DNA of 60,591 nucleotides, the filler included. It is 5 parts of 5 records of this genome, joined end to end, with 100 filler letters (N's around TTAATTAATTAA, not from the genome) between each part and the next. Parts side by side here need not be neighbours in the genome. Positions count along the whole stretch, not along the records: positions 1 to 12,947 come from DRR723986_21707; positions 13,048 to 21,053 come from DRR723986_21764; 3 more parts are not named here. One strand, written 5' to 3'. A program made the position numbers and the translations under genes. Below the pieces are notes generated by a model, which was not told where the DNA came from, ran no database searches, and was given only the letters and a program-made list of their open reading frames with translations. Below, in pieces: positions 9,772-20,642 of this stretch (within the stretch, counting starts at the first letter, position 1; each line of letters starts with the position of its first letter).

Positions 9772-10578
9772 TTACCAGCTTCCTCCAGCTCCACCGCCGC
9801 CGAATCCGCCTCCTCCGAAGCCGCCGAAGCCTCCGCCTCCGCCGCCTCCTCCTCCTCCACCGCCGCCAAAGCCGCCAGAAGATCTACCACCACCGCCTAG
9901 CATGTTAGCAAGCATAATCGTAGTCCACAGGTCTACTCCTCCTCCTCTGCCTCCCATATGATTGTTATTGTCGTTGCGATTTTTCAACATTGGAAGAATT
10001 ACAAAAATGAAAATGAGGAATAAAATCATAAAAATTGCTCCTCCGCCATTTCCAGTCGATTCAATATCCTCAGCCTTATATTCTCCTGAGGCGAGTTTGA
10101 AAATCATATCTGTAGCCTCATTGAGACCTTCATAATAGGCTTCCTTCCGGAAATTGGGAAGGATCAAGTTTTCCACAATTCGCTTTGCCAATGCATCAGG
10201 AACTGCTCCTTCCATTCCATATCCAGTAGCTATGAAGACTTTTCGATCGTCCATAGCAGCAAGAATCAAAATCCCATTGTCATTTTCTCCTCCGCCAATT
10301 CCCCAAGCTTGTCCAAGGCGAAAAGCATAATCAGAAATGTCATATTGCCCCACAGATCGCATCATCACGATGGCTATCTGCGTGGAAGTGCTGTCATTGT
10401 ATGCGACTAGTTTACTCTCTAACTGTCCTAGTTCGGAAGCAGAAAGTGTGTTGGTGAAGTCGGTCACTAACCTAGGCGGGTTAGGTACAGGAGGGAAGTC
10501 CTGCGCCTGAAGGCCAAGTGCGAATAAAAGATAAAGTAAGGTGATAGGTGGGATCTTATGATCCAAAAGAAATCTCAT
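9772..10578 (-). CDS. TPM-domain protein with Gly-rich tail (YgcG-like)
   Basis: WGIG..DNGILI, TGYGMEG, tail ending GGGGAGGSW. Confidence 0.88.
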   Translation of the reverse strand: MRFLLDHKIPPITLLYLLFALGLQAQDFPPVPNPPRLVTDFTNTLSASELGQLESKLVAYNDSTSTQIAIVMMRSVGQYDISDYAFRLGQAWGIGGGENDNGILILAAMDDRKVFIATGYGMEGAVPDALAKRIVENLILPNFRKEAYYEGLNEATDMIFKLASGEYKAEDIESTGNGGGAIFMILFLIFIFVILPMLKNRNDNNNHMGGRGGGVDLWTTIMLANMLGGGGRSSGGFGGGGGGGGGGGGGFGGFGGGGFGGGGAGGSW

Positions 10579-10993
10579 CAGGAAGTTCGTTTATGTCTGA
10601 ATCCCCCTGATAGGGGAAATGCGCTCCAAGTTGCTCACCGGCCATGTGGATGCCGTCGATCAGACCTTGTGTAAATTGACCTTGCTTGAATAAGCCGGTC
10701 ATGTGTTCTTTTATTTTTTCCCAGAAATCCTCCGGAACTACTTCGTTGATGCCTTTGTCACCGAGAATGGCAAAGCGCTTATCGACAACAGCCAAGTAAA
10801 ATAGTACGCCGTTTCGATCTTTGGTCTGGTGCATTTTGAGGGTGTCAAATACCTTCACCGCGCGATCGAGTACCTCGCCTTTGCATCGACTTTCTATATG
10901 CACTTGAATTTCTCCAGAGGTGGAAACTTCAGCAGACCGGATCGCATTAACTATCGCTTCCCGATCTGCTGTTGAGAATAATTTCTCAGCCAT
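10556..10993 (-). CDS. TPM-domain protein
   Basis: AE..TSGEI, NGVLFY, GDKGI, NELPDEISF. Confidence 0.85.
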   Translation of the reverse strand: MAEKLFSTADREAIVNAIRSAEVSTSGEIQVHIESRCKGEVLDRAVKVFDTLKMHQTKDRNGVLFYLAVVDKRFAILGDKGINEVVPEDFWEKIKEHMTGLFKQGQFTQGLIDGIHMAGEQLGAHFPYQGDSDINELPDEISFGS

Positions 10994-11004
10994 GATGAGT
11001 TGTA

Positions 11005-11595
11005 TTAAAATTGAACGGAAGGTGCATTCTCAGCTCCTGCGGATGCCTCGAAGTAACCTTTTTGCTCAAACCCGTACCAACCTGCAAAGATGTTGTTCGG
11101 GAAGGTTCGAAGATTTGAATTGTAATCCTGAACGGACTGATTGAAATTACGTCTGGCGACAGCAATTCTATTTTCTGTGCCTTCCAGCTGAGCCTGAAGC
11201 TCTAAGAAATTTTGGTTTGCCTTTAATTCAGGATAGCGCTCCACACTTACGAGCAATCTGCCCAATGCGCCGGAAAGGTTGTCCTGTGCTCCTTGGAATT
11301 CAGCAAGTTTTTCAGGAGTAAGATTAGAAGCATCCACATTCATAGAAGTTGCTTTAGCTCTTGCTTCGATAACTGCTGTCAAGGTTTCCTGCTCAAAATC
11401 TGCATAGCCTTTTACCGTATTTACCAGGTTAGGAATCAAGTCAGAACGACGCTGATATTGAGTCTCTACCTCAGCCCATTGGCCGTTGATCACTTCCTCT
11501 GTTTGCACAAAAGTATTATAGGTTCCTACAGCCTTGGTGTAAATGAAAATACCGAGCACCAACAGGATACCAATAGGAATAAGAAATTTTTTCAT
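11005..11595 (-). CDS. lemA: LemA family protein
   Basis: YQRRSDLIPNLV, YPELKA, LEGTENRI. Confidence 0.93.
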   Translation of the reverse strand: MKKFLIPIGILLVLGIFIYTKAVGTYNTFVQTEEVINGQWAEVETQYQRRSDLIPNLVNTVKGYADFEQETLTAVIEARAKATSMNVDASNLTPEKLAEFQGAQDNLSGALGRLLVSVERYPELKANQNFLELQAQLEGTENRIAVARRNFNQSVQDYNSNLRTFPNNIFAGWYGFEQKGYFEASAGAENAPSVQF

Positions 11596-11713
11596 GTGTT
11601 TATATTGATTTTTAAAACTAGAATACTCACGTAATTGTGACTGGGAGGTTTGACTTTTTCACCTTCCTTCTCTCAAAATTACCGCTTTTATCTTAATGGA
11701 ACCAATTAGGACC

Positions 11714-12947
11714 TTAAATCTGCTGCCTGAGAATCAGACTGAACTTTAGATCTTTGTATTTAGTAAGGTCATCTGACTCATATCTACGAATCTCCAGTTC
11801 GATTTTCTTCCCAGGTACAGACCTGAGCAATTTGTTAATTTCTGACAGTTCCCAGATGAACGTTGGAACTTTATTAATAACAAGTATTTCATCATAGGCT
11901 TGTAAGCCAGCCCGACCTGCAGGAGACCCTGCACGTATCTCAGAAATATAAATCCTATTATCATCATCTATTATTTTTTTCAAAGACATCCCGCTCATAT
12001 CAAATTGGAAGGGAGCGTAAAAATTATCTGCCTTCCGAACGAGTAAACGGTTTCTTTGATAATCAAAAATAAGTCTGGTGCGTCCTAGCACCTCTGCACC
12101 CAAGCTTCCCGAACGTCCGGATTCTTTGATCACATAGCTGTAGGGGGTTTCATTTGGATAGGATGTGAGCACTTCGTCTAGTTTGAAATTTGCCAGCTTC
12201 ATGTAATCTACCCGACCAATGAAGCCGTAGAGTACTCCCCCGAGACTTTGCCCCAATGCAGATTCTATAAAAAGCGGAGGCATGGTAATGTTTTCGGACG
12301 TTTCACGGTTTAGCAAAAGACCGTGATTTGCCCCCGTATCGATGAGTAGTTTTGGTTCCAGTATAGAGCCGTCCTTTTGTTTTACCATTACATTGATGTA
12401 GGGCTTATTATCTTGAACTTCCATGTTTAGCTTTCGGTAGAAAAGCGGTCTCCACTTGAGTGCGCCGGGCTCATAAAAAATTATTTTTCCGTCGTCGTAA
12501 TTAATTTTCACTGGGTTATACTTGAAAAACTCGTAACCCAAGATCCCGTAAACCGGTACTCCGATCACAGACTCCAGCTCCAAAAACTCCTGTTCAAGCA
12601 CAAGTAAACTTTGAAAAATTCCTTCAATTGGGCCTAAATCAAAGTTGTTTATTGGAGATACTGAAGCCATCAAATCTTCAGCCCCGTCAGCACCAACCAG
12701 TTTTATCCTACGTGTATATTCCAGATTAAGCGCGTCTCCAAGGGTTTTGCTAAATAGAATATTAGATCGTACCCCAGTATCTACCAAGAAATTTAATGGT
12801 GTATTTCCATTGATTGATACAGGGATTATGATCAGGCTATTTGAAGAATAGAAAGGTAAGGTCACCTTGCGTTTATCCTCTTTCATGAAAAAACCAGGCA
12901 CCTGACCATTACACAGAAGCTGCGCAGCTAGCAAAAATATAAGGAGT
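11714..12947 (-). CDS. Aspartyl protease with PDZ domain (5' truncated)
   Basis: Two DTG motifs (LVDTG, LIDTGA); PDZ SPA.RAGL..D. Confidence 0.8.
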
Positions 12948-13047
12948 NNNNNNNNNNNNNNNNNNNNNNNNNNNNNNNNNNNNNNNNNNNNTTAATTAAT
13001 TAANNNNNNNNNNNNNNNNNNNNNNNNNNNNNNNNNNNNNNNNNNNN
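12948..13047. other. Artificial contig linker
   Basis: N-run, TTAATTAATTAA, N-run; composition changes across it. Confidence 0.97.
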
Positions 13048-13215
13048 ACTGGCAGTGAGCCGTGACGCGTCAGCGGCTGGGCGAGAGGTGATGTGAGCCG
13101 TGACGTGTGAGCGGCCGGGCAACTGGAGAGCGTCGGTACATGCGCGAGCTTCCCCGCGTCCGCGGTGGCTGTTCGATACGGGGTGCACTGGGCTTTGGCG
13201 GCGATTGGTTGGCAA

Positions 13216-13563
13216 TCAGACGGCGCCCGGGCCGCGGGAAGCGTCAGTTAACGAAATGGCTTGCTCAGTTGGCAAGACGAAAATCTTTCCGTCGCCAATA
13301 TTGCCTGATGTTCCTGTGCGGGCGATGCGAGCAATGGTGTCGATCGTCTTGTCGACGAAATCGTCGTTGACCCAAACCTCCAACGCGACTTTGCGAAGCA
13401 TGTTGACCTTGTATTCGATGCCGCGATAAGTTGCCGTTTGCCCCTTTTGGCGTCCGTAGCCCTGAGCGTCACAGACAGTCATTCTTTGTACTCCGATGCT
13501 CTCAAGCGCATCATGAACGGCTCGAATCTTGGTTGGCTGAATGATGGCGAGGATTAGCTTCAT
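13216..13563 (-). CDS. P-II nitrogen regulatory protein (GlnB/GlnK family)
   Basis: GYGRQKG, T-loop YRG.EY, GDGKIFVLP. Confidence 0.93.
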   Translation of the reverse strand: MKLILAIIQPTKIRAVHDALESIGVQRMTVCDAQGYGRQKGQTATYRGIEYKVNMLRKVALEVWVNDDFVDKTIDTIARIARTGTSGNIGDGKIFVLPTEQAISLTDASRGPGAV

Positions 13564-13634
13564 GGCAATGGCTCAGGGGCTTTGAAAGTTTGGCCGAGGC
13601 GCTTTTGAGATGCTGTGGGAATTCGTGATGCTGT

Positions 13635-14699
13635 CTATTTGGTTGTCTTGCCACGCCGAGGTTTCCGGGCGGCTGGCTCGACCGCTTCGGGATGGTAGGC
13701 CGCCAAGTCAACGTTCGCGGAATCGACGCCTTCGTCGGGAACATCGCGCCCAGCAGTCCAAACGATGGCATTCAGAATTGATTTGCGAAGATCGTCATTA
13801 GCCCAATTGCGGTAAAAGTGCGGCATAACAATTCCCACACCTCGTCCGCCGCCGGCTCGCTGGACAGCCCAAGCGATCACTTCCGGCTTGGGGCTCTCCG
13901 GCGGCAGCATGCTTGTCATCAAAGGCGTGACGTTCTTTTCGATTCCGTTTGGGCCAAAGTAATTGTTGATGTATGGTTCGTCATGGACGGTGAACGGATG
14001 AACACCGTTAAGTACCGGATGCTTGCGGTTGATCTCGACTTCGGCTTTTTCAAAAATCCTGGCCGTGCTTTGGTGGTGGACGCATCGCGTTGCAAAGTAC
14101 CCGCCCATCCACTGTAGCAACGGATGTTCGCCAGAGTCTGGCATTTGGCCCTTTGTGAGTCCGGTTGCGTAGTGGTAACAGACCAGTCCACAGCCGCGGT
14201 CCATTGCCTCAGCTAGTTGCCTCATGTTCTCTTCGGTGTTTGACATTTCCGCCAGCGGGAATCGGTCGCCGGAAAAAACGATCGTGTCCGCTTGGGCGAT
14301 AAGTTCCTGCGACTTTGGCCAGCCCTCAGATACATCGCAGTGGATAGTTCCCGCTCGAGTCGATTTCTCGAGCAGGTCAGCAAGGAGTCGGCAGCCAGCG
14401 CCGACTTCATGGGTACCAGGTTTGTGCGTTGATGGACCAACGACAAACAGGACGCGTTTCGCCTTGGCATTCGTGCGTTTTGTCGCGTGAGCTTCGGACT
14501 GGGCTTCGGGCTGGGCTTCAGACTGAGCCTGGGCGTTGCCGCTAGCGGTAGCGAACAGAAGGGAACAAGCCACTAGCGCGAATAGGAACTTTGCACAGCG
14601 GATCGGACTGGCTGGGCGGAGTTTCGCCGGAGCGCTGTGAACTGCGTCGGGGTGACGTGTCACTTGAGGCAGTATTGTGTCTGGAGACATCAGTGGCAC
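13635..14699 (-). CDS. ThuA-like domain protein (exported)
   Basis: GP..H..GTHE..AG, HPVL.GV..F...DE.Y, R..GGRG...H pattern typical of planctomycete ThuA proteins. Confidence 0.7.
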   Translation of the reverse strand: MPLMSPDTILPQVTRHPDAVHSAPAKLRPASPIRCAKFLFALVACSLLFATASGNAQAQSEAQPEAQSEAHATKRTNAKAKRVLFVVGPSTHKPGTHEVGAGCRLLADLLEKSTRAGTIHCDVSEGWPKSQELIAQADTIVFSGDRFPLAEMSNTEENMRQLAEAMDRGCGLVCYHYATGLTKGQMPDSGEHPLLQWMGGYFATRCVHHQSTARIFEKAEVEINRKHPVLNGVHPFTVHDEPYINNYFGPNGIEKNVTPLMTSMLPPESPKPEVIAWAVQRAGGGRGVGIVMPHFYRNWANDDLRKSILNAIVWTAGRDVPDEGVDSANVDLAAYHPEAVEPAARKPRRGKTTK

Positions 14700-15105
14700 T
14701 CCATGGTGGGCGGACTTTCGAGATTGTGACTGTGTACGGGATCTTGCGGCTTAGCCGCGGGCGGGCATTCTAATGCGGCGGCGGACTGCCCGCAAAATGC
14801 AGTTTGGCGTACTTTCCCACACAATTCTACCAGCGACGGAGTCCAAACGCGGGAAGCTGAAGCATCGTGGCTTCACGTTTCCCTTGCTTGGTGCAACAAT
14901 CCTCGCAGGTGCGAACTATGTTCCGCCAAAATCTCTTGCCCGAATCAGCGATGAAAACACTACTTTTGGTGGCAATTTCACTCAAAAGAGCCGTCTGTGC
15001 GCACTTGCGCAATAAACGTGAGAGTGTTTTTTCGGGTCGACGTTAGGCTTAAAGCTGAATGGGTCGATCGCACGCTGAGTTCACAACTTTGTTTTTCCCA
15101 TTCTA

Positions 15106-15780
15106 ATGACGCCCAAGCCCGAACCAGTCAGCCTGCCCACTGACGAAGAACTGTGGGGACTTTTCGTTGTTGGATTGCGACGCAACGTGCAATCCAAACT
15201 TGCCGGATTGTATGCCGACACTGCAGGAATTCCCAGGGAATCGAAATCACGTGGTTCGGTTAGTGTTGCATTACTGATTCACCTGGTGCGATTTGAATCA
15301 GTTGGTCGGATAGTTCAAAAACTGAAGGATCCAACCTGCAACAGTGAGAAGCAGGGGGCTGCATTGATTCACGACTTGGCCCTTGCGTTTGTGTTGGTAG
15401 AAGTGGCTTTGCACATGAAGGGAATTGTTCACGAACGACCGGAAAGCACGCTTGCCAGTAGTGCTTTGTTGGGCGACGCCATTCCGCTGCTACGGAGAGC
15501 TTGGCACCGACTGGCCGAATACTATCCTGAAAAAGTAATTGGCGACCTGACGGCAGATGAAGTGAACGGCGCGCTTGGCAGCTTGGCGGTGCAAATCCAA
15601 GAGAAAATGGATTGGGGAATTAGCAAAGAAGGAAAAGCGAGGCGACTGAAGCAAGTTCGCGAATTCCTGACAGTGTTTGAATCCCTAAAGATTTTCAATT
15701 TCCTCGTCCTCAAAGGGTTAGACGAGCGAAAATTTGAGGACTTCCTCGGACAACCGGGAAGTGACGGAGATCTCCAATGA
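15106..15780 (+). CDS. Hypothetical protein
   Basis: 224-aa ORF, ATGA overlap with next ORF. Confidence 0.55.
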   Translation: MTPKPEPVSLPTDEELWGLFVVGLRRNVQSKLAGLYADTAGIPRESKSRGSVSVALLIHLVRFESVGRIVQKLKDPTCNSEKQGAALIHDLALAFVLVEVALHMKGIVHERPESTLASSALLGDAIPLLRRAWHRLAEYYPEKVIGDLTADEVNGALGSLAVQIQEKMDWGISKEGKARRLKQVREFLTVFESLKIFNFLVLKGLDERKFEDFLGQPGSDGDLQ

Positions 15781-17366
15781 TTACGGATGAACAACGAAAA
15801 CGTATTGAGCAGCACCTGCTGGGGTTCAGTCCCCGTGATGAAGACATGCACCCCGAGCAAATTGAGCTCGTGCGAAAAGAGCTTTTGCGAAAGCGAAATC
15901 AACGGCTGGCCGGTGCAACCTCCGCGGCAACAGCTCCTGCCTCGAGCCAAGCCCCGCGTCTTGGGCTACGCCTGGGAATATTGTTGGCCATCATCGCCCT
16001 ACCCATTGCCGGTTCACTCTGGTTGGGACAGGCGCAAGCGACTCAGCGGACAAAGAACAATCAATACGCCGCAAAGTTCCTCGAAGCTTACAAAGACCTG
16101 TACTCCGAGGACCTTTTGACGGCAGACCGCCTCGCTCGTGAGGCTGAAGAGTTGCTGCCGGGACGCAGTTGGATTGGTGCCGACTCCGTCCAAACCGAAC
16201 AGGTGTTTGCCACAGCCCGGGCCATGCGTTGTCTCTTTACCGCTCGACTAGGCAACGCCGACGCAGCCATGTCGATACTGCGACAGGCCCAGGTGACTCC
16301 CCGTGGCGATGACCGTGATGCCGAGGCACAGTTGCTGTTCGATATTTGCTTGGGAAAAGCCACTCAGGTTGCCATCGAAACACTCAACGGGAAACGTCGG
16401 CCACAGGAAGCATCGACGATTCGAGCAACCGGATTGGAGTTCTTGCAATCGGCGATCAAACACACCATTACTTCTGAGTATCTTGGCAGTGATGATAAAC
16501 ACTTGCTCGCCGCTGCATTGTCGCTGGATGCAGCACGCATCTATGCGAAAGCATACCCCGGTATAAACGATGTGTATGACGTGGCCAAGGACCGAACCTC
16601 GATCGCCCAGTTGCTTGATGACGCGGCGGCTCATCTAGAGAAGAGCGAGAATCGAGATGCCGCCTGGTGGACCCAACGCGTTCGCCTCGAGAGCACTAGG
16701 ATTATGCTGCAAGAACGCCAAGAGGGTGCCGCTGGGACTCAATCGGCAAATCGCGACAGGAACGACGCGACGTATAGCGCTTTCTACAGCGAAATACCTG
16801 AGTTTGAGTTAGCGGAAGACTACGCCAGCGGTCTGCGATTTCAACGTGGCGTTTTCCTCAGCAACCTAGCCGACCTACTCTCGGACTACTATTACGATGA
16901 AGAAAGTGTTTCCGACGATGTACGGCTGCTTCAGCGTTCGATTCAGTTGCGTTCAATGGCGATCAGCAACCTGTCGTTGGTCCCCCTAGAGTCACGGACA
17001 GAACGGCAGAGTGTCAATACGATCATTAACCACTCGCGCCGCATGGAACTGTTCTGCCGCTTAGCAATGGCCGATCGCCAGAACGCAGAAGCTCACATGC
17101 TTTCAGCAAGCCTGGATGCGGCGGTTCTGGAGTCGTTCTTGGGCGACATCCTTCGTAGAGACATTGGTCAACTTCTGCTACCGCGACAGATGCTCGCAGC
17201 AGCACTAGTTGGAGTGCCTGAAGAAGAGGTGCTGGCTAGGTTGGACGCGGCTTCGGAAGCCAATCGTAACGCCTCACGCAACTTGTTGCACTTTGCCATC
17301 GATTGGAAAAACGCTGCCATCGACGCTCCACCGGGTGATGCGTCGGATGACGAGAACGATGACTAG
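15777..17366 (+). CDS. Hypothetical single-TM protein with helical C-terminal region
   Basis: 529 aa, one hydrophobic segment near residues 63-83. Confidence 0.65.
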   Translation: MITDEQRKRIEQHLLGFSPRDEDMHPEQIELVRKELLRKRNQRLAGATSAATAPASSQAPRLGLRLGILLAIIALPIAGSLWLGQAQATQRTKNNQYAAKFLEAYKDLYSEDLLTADRLAREAEELLPGRSWIGADSVQTEQVFATARAMRCLFTARLGNADAAMSILRQAQVTPRGDDRDAEAQLLFDICLGKATQVAIETLNGKRRPQEASTIRATGLEFLQSAIKHTITSEYLGSDDKHLLAAALSLDAARIYAKAYPGINDVYDVAKDRTSIAQLLDDAAAHLEKSENRDAAWWTQRVRLESTRIMLQERQEGAAGTQSANRDRNDATYSAFYSEIPEFELAEDYASGLRFQRGVFLSNLADLLSDYYYDEESVSDDVRLLQRSIQLRSMAISNLSLVPLESRTERQSVNTIINHSRRMELFCRLAMADRQNAEAHMLSASLDAAVLESFLGDILRRDIGQLLLPRQMLAAALVGVPEEEVLARLDAASEANRNASRNLLHFAIDWKNAAIDAPPGDASDDENDD

Positions 17367-17405
17367 TCCGCCGTCACGCCTGAATTCGGTGCGTGAAGTC
17401 TTGGT

Positions 17406-19124
17406 TTACGAGCGTGTCAGCCCCATGAAGAAGCTGAACACCTGTCGATCGTCGGTATCCGCCGAATTCACTGGGAATGCGAAGTCGAACGCGAGCGGCG
17501 CGGGGCCAAGGGCTGGGACAGCGATCCGGAAGCCGAATCCAGGAGCCACGCGGAAATTCTCCGAGTTGATTTCCAGATCGCGTTCTACGGTACCGTAATC
17601 CACAAAGAAGATCCCTCGCAGCATTTCGTCCGCGGTAATGGGGAAGACGTACTCCAGGCTGCCCAGGAACATTAGCTCACCACCGACTTGGACGTCTCCG
17701 ACGACTGGACTAGCACCACGGAAACTGAATCCCCGCATTGTGCTGTAACCACCGGCGAAGAAATTTTCAAATACGGGCGTCTGAGAACCGGTTACTCCAA
17801 CACGCCATGTGCTAGCAAGTGTGTGGCGTCCGCCGCCGTCCGCTCGCTCTCGCATGAGGAAGTAGCGGCTCAAGTTAAACTGCACTCGTTGGTAATCGTA
17901 CTCGCCAAAGACCTGATCAAAGATGACCTCGGTCAAACCACCTTGAGTCGACATGAAGGGATTGTCACGAGTATCGTGAGCCAGGCGGAATCGTCCGCGG
18001 TACAAGTCATTGCTTCCGAGCGCGCGATCCAGTTCGTCAACACCGGAGACCCGCGCGTCGAAGAGCTTGACGTCTTCCATTCGGATTTCACTACTGATGG
18101 ACAAATCCTTGGTGATCTCGTATCCCAAGGCAACTCGACCACCGAGACGTTGTTCGGTCCAGTCTCGGAACTGGCGAGTGAAGAGAAAGCCACCGACGGA
18201 CAAACTGTAGGGCAGATCTCGAAAATGAGGGTCCGTCCAGCTCACCGTATACCGCTGAACCAGGTTACCTGGCATAAGCTCTGCTCGGAAGTTCTGCCCA
18301 CCACCTCGGAAGGCTCGCCCGCTCCAAATATCAGCCATCGAACGAGGTGTCCGACGAATGTCGAAGTTACGTTCTTCGATGATTAATTGTCCGGAGACGC
18401 CCAAGTCACTGTTGACGGCACCGCCCAAGATTACTCGGCCAGTGCGAGCCTCTTGTACATAGACATCAATCGGAGCGATTCGTTCTTGTGGTTGATAGCC
18501 ACCAACGTCTGGCGCGCTGATGTCGATATCGTCGAATCCAGGTCCTGGAGTTGGCAACGCACCGGGCGCGATGGCTGACTGGGACGCATATGGGGATATG
18601 GTCGCCCCAGGAGCAACGGCTGATTCGTAGCCGAATCCGTCGTATTGTCCCTGTGGCTGCGGGTAAGCGGGAGGGGCGCTTCCGTAGCCGTTCTGCCGCT
18701 GAGCAGGCGCGGTTGGTGTCGTGGTGGGTGGCGGCTGGTATGCTGGAACTTGGTAGCTGGGCGGTGACTGAGGCGTTCGAGTTTGAACTGGTTCCCCTAG
18801 TCCTGGATAGGTGGGATCGCCAGACTGAGCTCGAACGACTCCGCTCGGGCCGCTTGTGGTGCGAGTTTGATCGTCTGTGTTTTGCCGGTAGGCGACCGTT
18901 GTTAGGCTGTTCTGCAATCCAGAGTCAGAAGGATCCGTGAATTCGATGTCGGCGTCGGTTTCAGAATCGTCGACGGCAAGCTGTCCCAGCGATTCACCGG
19001 AGACTCCGGAAATCACGAAGGGCTTGTTCATTGCCTGGCATCCAACGAACACGCTCGCAAGCACACATGCTAGTGGCATGGTGGCGATTGCGTGGTTGCT
19101 ATGTTGTGTTTTGGCTTTCACCAT
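17406..19124 (-). CDS. Omp85/BamA-family beta-barrel with Pro/Gln-rich N-terminus
   Basis: FFAGG.STMRGF, FRGGGQ, APGFGFR..VP..GP. Confidence 0.85.
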   Translation of the reverse strand: MVKAKTQHSNHAIATMPLACVLASVFVGCQAMNKPFVISGVSGESLGQLAVDDSETDADIEFTDPSDSGLQNSLTTVAYRQNTDDQTRTTSGPSGVVRAQSGDPTYPGLGEPVQTRTPQSPPSYQVPAYQPPPTTTPTAPAQRQNGYGSAPPAYPQPQGQYDGFGYESAVAPGATISPYASQSAIAPGALPTPGPGFDDIDISAPDVGGYQPQERIAPIDVYVQEARTGRVILGGAVNSDLGVSGQLIIEERNFDIRRTPRSMADIWSGRAFRGGGQNFRAELMPGNLVQRYTVSWTDPHFRDLPYSLSVGGFLFTRQFRDWTEQRLGGRVALGYEITKDLSISSEIRMEDVKLFDARVSGVDELDRALGSNDLYRGRFRLAHDTRDNPFMSTQGGLTEVIFDQVFGEYDYQRVQFNLSRYFLMRERADGGGRHTLASTWRVGVTGSQTPVFENFFAGGYSTMRGFSFRGASPVVGDVQVGGELMFLGSLEYVFPITADEMLRGIFFVDYGTVERDLEINSENFRVAPGFGFRIAVPALGPAPLAFDFAFPVNSADTDDRQVFSFFMGLTRS

Positions 19125-19214
19125 GCGTTTGATCCAGGTCAGACTAAGTCGCCCGGAAACCGCCCGAGTGGGCCGGTTTGGGGCATTTGTGTGAAGTGCT
19201 TCAGTGGTGAATGT

Positions 19215-20642
19215 CTAATATGCGCCCGAGGGTGCATTGCTTTCGTCCGGTGCCCGAACAACCACTCGGGGCGGTTCGCCAACTGAAGGCTGCGTTTCGA
19301 AGATTTGTGAAAACTGCAGCCGCCGCTCAGAAGCTTCAAGCTCTGCCAAGTCGATGTAGTCACCTGGCCGAATTCCCAGCCGATTGAGCACCACCGACCG
19401 CTTTGTGTGGCTAGAATCGCCAGCGATGTGAACGTTAATGTCACCAGCCCGGTAACGAGCTCCCTCGGTGATCTTGTATACCAAGTCAACTTGGCCCGGT
19501 TCCTCAAGGAAGCTCAACTGTGGCAAGATCTCAACGTAGACAAAACCTTCGCGCCCGTAGTACTCGTTGCGTAGAGTGCGAACATCGTTATCCATCGTAG
19601 CAAGGTTAAAGGGTTGTCCTGCACGCGTTTTGGTCGCAGCCATCAAGACTTCGTTGGTAAACGGTTGGTACTGGTTGCCGACGATCGTGACCTTCCGAAC
19701 AACCGATTGCACTCCCTCGTAGATGACAAACGTCAAATCGAGAAAGTCACCGCCTTCGTAGTAGCGTTTGAAGTAGTCGACGCGAGCCTGAAAGTACCCG
19801 AGGCTCCGGTAGTAGGCCATCAACGCTTCTTTGTCCGCTTCGATCTGCTGGTTATTGGCAACGTTTCCGATGTGCGAAGTAACTCCACCGCGGGCGTCAC
19901 GGCATCGAATCTTGGTTTTCAGCAGGGCTGTGCTGAAAATCTGGTTGCCTTCGAACTTGATGTTCCAGATGCGTTCAACTGGTCCTTCATAGATTTCGAA
20001 GAACACACGTCGATCGTTTGGGTTGTTGCCTTCACGGACTTTGATCGCGGCTTGGTTTAGGCCTTTCTCGTGGTACAGATCAATCAGGTGTTGCCGAGCC
20101 ATGTCAACGGAGAATGGGTTTGCTGGATCACCGACCTCGATACCGCAGTGCTTTTGTAGCATGTTGTCTTCGAGGCGAGTATTACCGTGGAAAATGACTT
20201 CGGAAACGGTTGGATTTTCTTTTACATTCAGCCGAACGACGATGCCGTCTGGGTGTTCGATGATTGATTGTGTAATACGTCCGAACAAATCTGTGTTGTA
20301 AAGCTCGTGAATGTCGCTGAGCAGTTGGCGTTCGTCGTATACGCGGTCGACGCGTGTTTGCATGTGCGATTCGATTTTGTGAGCACTGATTGTTTCGTTG
20401 CCTACAATCTCAATCGCTTTCACGGTTTTTCCGCGGCGAACGGCGCTCAGTCGGGGCCCGCCAGCTTCCCAAACACGATCGCTGAACTTGGGTTGATCAA
20501 AGGCAGGCATGTTGCCTTGACCGGCACCGCCCATTCCTGGCCCTTGCGCCACAGCATGGGAGGAGGTCATTACAGCCCCGATCGTACAGGCGACGTAGGT
20601 GACTGCAAAAAGCACGGATCGCGTGAGACGGTTGGCTCTCAT
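19215..20642 (-). CDS. Multi-POTRA domain protein
   Basis: Repeated I...GN POTRA motifs and YY...GY; start set at MRANRL. Confidence 0.8.
   Translation of the reverse strand: MRANRLTRSVLFAVTYVACTIGAVMTSSHAVAQGPGMGGAGQGNMPAFDQPKFSDRVWEAGGPRLSAVRRGKTVKAIEIVGNETISAHKIESHMQTRVDRVYDERQLLSDIHELYNTDLFGRITQSIIEHPDGIVVRLNVKENPTVSEVIFHGNTRLEDNMLQKHCGIEVGDPANPFSVDMARQHLIDLYHEKGLNQAAIKVREGNNPNDRRVFFEIYEGPVERIWNIKFEGNQIFSTALLKTKIRCRDARGGVTSHIGNVANNQQIEADKEALMAYYRSLGYFQARVDYFKRYYEGGDFLDLTFVIYEGVQSVVRKVTIVGNQYQPFTNEVLMAATKTRAGQPFNLATMDNDVRTLRNEYYGREGFVYVEILPQLSFLEEPGQVDLVYKITEGARYRAGDINVHIAGDSSHTKRSVVLNRLGIRPGDYIDLAELEASERRLQFSQIFETQPSVGEPPRVVVRAPDESNAPSGAY

Noticed and set aside
9775-9900. CCG/CCT low-complexity repeat
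   Set aside because: Encodes the normal Gly-rich tail of the TPM protein.
13048-13215. ORF running into the linker downstream of P-II
   Set aside because: Truncated with no recognisable motif; cannot be identified.
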